A stretch of 64,000 nucleotides of DNA from Mesotaenium endlicherianum (Eukaryota): positions 35,904 to 99,903 of the forward strand of contig WELA01002099.1 of assembly GCA_009602735.1 (NCBI GenBank), in the 5' to 3' direction. A program made the translations under genes and the position numbers. Numbering within the stretch: position 1 is the stretch's first letter; each line of letters begins with the position of its first letter. The notes beneath the pieces are model-generated. The model saw only the letters and a list, made by a program, of their open reading frames with translations, did no database searches and was not told the origin of the DNA. Positions 60,668 to 64,000 of this stretch are shown here, piece by piece.

Positions 60668-63600
60668 TGAAAGAGGCGCAGTGCCTTCGTGGAAGCGTAG
60701 TGGACCACGAGGAACAAAGCTAGTTGCAGTTATACTCCAGAGCGCAGCGGCATCTCACTAAGAAAGCGTAGGAAAATTATTGATAATATTGAGTTGCAAG
60801 AAATTGCTTATAAATGGAATATAATGAAAGGCCTCGTCATTACAAACCCGTAGAAATTTACAAATGTGAAAACTCATAATAAATGAAGAAGTTATGCCTA
60901 TTTGTACTTTTCTAACTTAAGTCTTCCTCTCTAGGAGGGAGGCCCGCTTAGCAACGGATTTTCCTAAGTGTTTTTCAAATTGCCCCTTCAAGAATATTTG
61001 TGAGAAGGCCAAATCAATCTCATCTAACAAAACGGGTTGATTTGAAGTCCACCTACATGCATCGACATTTCTAGAATATACTAACTTAGGCGCGCTACGC
61101 GAATCCAAAACTTCTTGGTAAATCGACCTAGTCGGCACTCAGCGTCAGCCATAATTACGTGAAGGTTCAAATTCACTCTAACGACCCAGATTGCTCGACG
61201 TTGTTGGTCAATCCGACGGTCGCGCTCACCGCGAATTAAGGACAGTAGTCGACCAACCTGAAAACTAAATAAACTTCAGAAATCCATAACTTTCTCAATA
61301 CTTAACCAAATTCGACGAATTTTGTATCAAAATGACCCTAAAAATACACTCTATGACTCTATGCATTTCAAACAAGTTCTTAAATAACTCAAAAATGCAT
61401 ATTATAAACTTATAACCTTACATCATCCCCCTCCTCAAGACGCGACGTCCTCGACGCGTTCTGCAAATAACGTCTCTACTTGCTCTTACAGTGAGTCAAG
61501 TTGGCCTCCGGCTCTCAATTGTTGTTTTTCGCATGGTAGCCTTTCCACTTGACCAGACACTCCCAAACAAATTGTTGACCTTGCTGGACTCGTCAATCAC
61601 CAACAATCGCCTCCACTTCATACTCCAACACAACTCAATCTTGACCGGTGGTGGCGGTGTAGGTAGTCGTCCTGGATGTCCTTCATTTGGGTCAACGTAT
61701 GGCCGCAGGTAAATGACATGGAACACATCATGTATACCCCTGCCTGAAGGAAGTTCCAACTTGTAGGCCATTGGATTCACCTGCTTGAACACAGAAATGG
61801 ACCTGTAAATTATTTCCTCTTGCCTGTGAAAGGTAGATTCTATGTTGACAAGAGTACTTTGTCGCCCACATAAAATGTCACTTCCCTTCTGTGCTTGTTT
61901 GCATGCTTGCCCTGCTCTTCCCGGGCCTTCCAAATACACGTCTTTTTAATGTCCCAAATTTTTGAAATTTGCTCTATAAAAACTTGTGTCGTAGGAACCT
62001 GAGTCTCCTTGGCCTTCTCCAATATGATGACGCTTGGATGATATATTTCTCTCCCATAAACCATAGTGAATGGTGACTGTTTGGTTAATCCCTGCATGCA
62101 GTTGTCGTATGCAAACGCCAACCCTGGCAGCTTCTTGTCCCACTCTGAGGGGTCTGCCATGATAAAACTTTTGAGCACCTCTTGCAAATTTCTATTGAGC
62201 CCCTCACTCTGCCCGTCTGTTTGAGGATGATAGGAAGTGCTCATACTCAGCTTGACCCCCATTGAAGTAAACAACGACCGCCAAAAGTTGCTAGTAGACC
62301 TCGGATCCTGATCTGAAAAATCATCTTCGGCAACATATGTAGCCTGAAGATATGATCAAAAAATAGTTGTGCCACATTTGCTGTCGTAGAAGTCACCTTC
62401 ATGGGAATGAAAGGAGCCATCTTGCTGAGACTATCAGACACAACCCGTATTGCATCGTGCCCTCCACTACTGAAGGGTAAGGACGTGATGAAGTCCATAG
62501 CAATCAGCTCTCAAGGATACTCTGGAATAGGCAGGGATTGCAAGGTACCTCCCTGCTTTTGATTTGGTGTCTTATTCCTCTGGCACGCATCGCAACTCCT
62601 AATCCACTCTTCGATGTTTTTGTCCATATGTCTCCAATAGTACTCTCGCTTCAGCACGCCCGCCGTCTTCTCGCTTCCAAAGTGTCCAGCATACAGGCAA
62701 TCATGATGCTTTGCAAGTAGTATGTTGCGTAGTTCCTTGATGAAACGTACCAACTATCTTTTGGAATCACCATCATACCATATGCGGTCCTTCTTCTGCA
62801 TGCTTGAACTAGTCTCAGCTATTCCACCACTAGCTGACTCTAGGTCCTCCTCATAACCTTTCTTAAGCTTCTCCTTGAAGTCCATACTCTCCTTGATGAC
62901 TGAGACAGCTGCAAGGTCACACCTCCTGGATAAAACATCTGCAGGTTTGATCCTCCCAGGTATTCAATCTTGTGGTCGAACCGTTGCAAAAACTTCATCC
63001 ACCTTGTTTATCTTGGTGTCAGCTTTGGCTGCGTCATAAACTTCTCCAAGCTCTTGTGGTCGGTCTTGATAAACACCATTCGACCGTCCACAAAGCATCG
63101 CCAAATCTTCAACGCTGGATAATAGCCAATATCTCCCGCTTATGTGCTGCATAGTTCTGCTCAGCAAGACTCAACTTTCTGCTCTCATATATCATAGGTT
63201 GCAATCCTTTACCTTGGTTCTAGAGAAGAATGGCTCCCACTGCTAAGTTTGATGCGTCCGTGATGATGGTGAATGGAATCTCTGGATTAGCAATCGCTAA
63301 CACAATTGCATGTGTTGATATCTCCTTGATCTTCTCGAAGGCTTGCTGCTCCTTGTTAAAAGGGGCAGAGTGCCCTAGTGGAAGCGTAGTGACTCACGAG
63401 GAACCAAACTAGACATTTCTAGAAAATACTCACTTCGGCGGGCTAATCCAAAATTTCTTGTTAAGTCAATCTAGTCGGCACTCCGCGTAAGCCAAAATTA
63501 CGTAAAGCTTCGAATTCACTCTAACGGCCCAAATCGCTCGACGTTGTCCGTCAATCAAACGGTCGCGCTCATCGCAAATTAAGGACAGTCGTCGACCGAC

Positions 63601-63765
63601 CCAAAAACTAAATAAACTTTAGACATCTATAACATTTTCAATACTTAACAAAATTTGACAAATTTTGTATCAAAATGACCACAAAATTGCACTCTTTAAC
63701 TCTATGAATTTCAAACATTTTTTTTAATAACTCAAATATGCACTTCATAAATCTATGACCTTACA
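60668..63765 (-). mobile_element. Internally deleted family A chromovirus copy (3.1 kb): 5' LTR 63765-63357 (itself deleted), RNase H-INT-chromodomain remnant, 3' LTR 61422-60668, TSD GTGAG
   Basis: Reverse-complement similarity to 38809-39560 and 43000-44950. GTGAG lies at 60663-60667 and 63766-63770. The 5' LTR abuts the RT/RNase H tether with no PBS, gag, protease or RT. Confidence 0.9.
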
Positions 63766-64000
63766 GTGAGGAGTTAGTGGATTGAGTAGTAGAATACTCT
63801 AGAGTGTGATTGGGTGTGTGTGAGTGTGCTAGCTTGTCCAACAAGGCAAGGTCATCTACATAGAAGGAGCCATAGTAGAAGATTCTGGAGGTACTTTGCT
63901 AGAGAGGACACTTAAAGTTGAAGCATAAATAGGAAGCACAAAGTAGTAAAGGGAATCCGGTCTTGTCTAGCCTAGTCTAACCTTCCTATCTTGTACACGA

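Overview
Eukaryotic nuclear DNA, most likely from a streptophyte green alga. This is an inference from GC-rich exons, (GT)n/(CA)n-laden introns and a plant-type PTB gene. The left ~21 kb holds four spliced genes: the 3' end of a GH31 glycosidase, a 10-exon plant PTB1/2-type splicing regulator, a spinster-like MFS transporter, and a type II membrane sulfotransferase-like protein. The PTB gene carries a 92-nt frameshifting poison exon and two copies of an H/ACA-like intronic RNA. A 9.4-kb PIF/Harbinger transposon follows (TIRs, TGA target duplication, convergent transposase and Myb/SANT genes, ~4 kb internal cargo). The right half contains a mosaic EGF/beta-helix-like/Pro-rich gene whose intron holds a Ty3/Gypsy chromovirus (family A), itself hit by a solo LTR of a second family (B). 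Beyond it is a nest of hAT, family B and family A remnants. The strongest leads are (i) a ~50-nt core shared by two otherwise divergent LTR types, lying at codon 49 of similarly sized antisense ORFs; (ii) the duplicated intronic guide-like RNA in PTB; (iii) the PTB poison exon; and (iv) -1 frameshift pseudoknots in both chromovirus families. All calls were made by eye; no searches were run.
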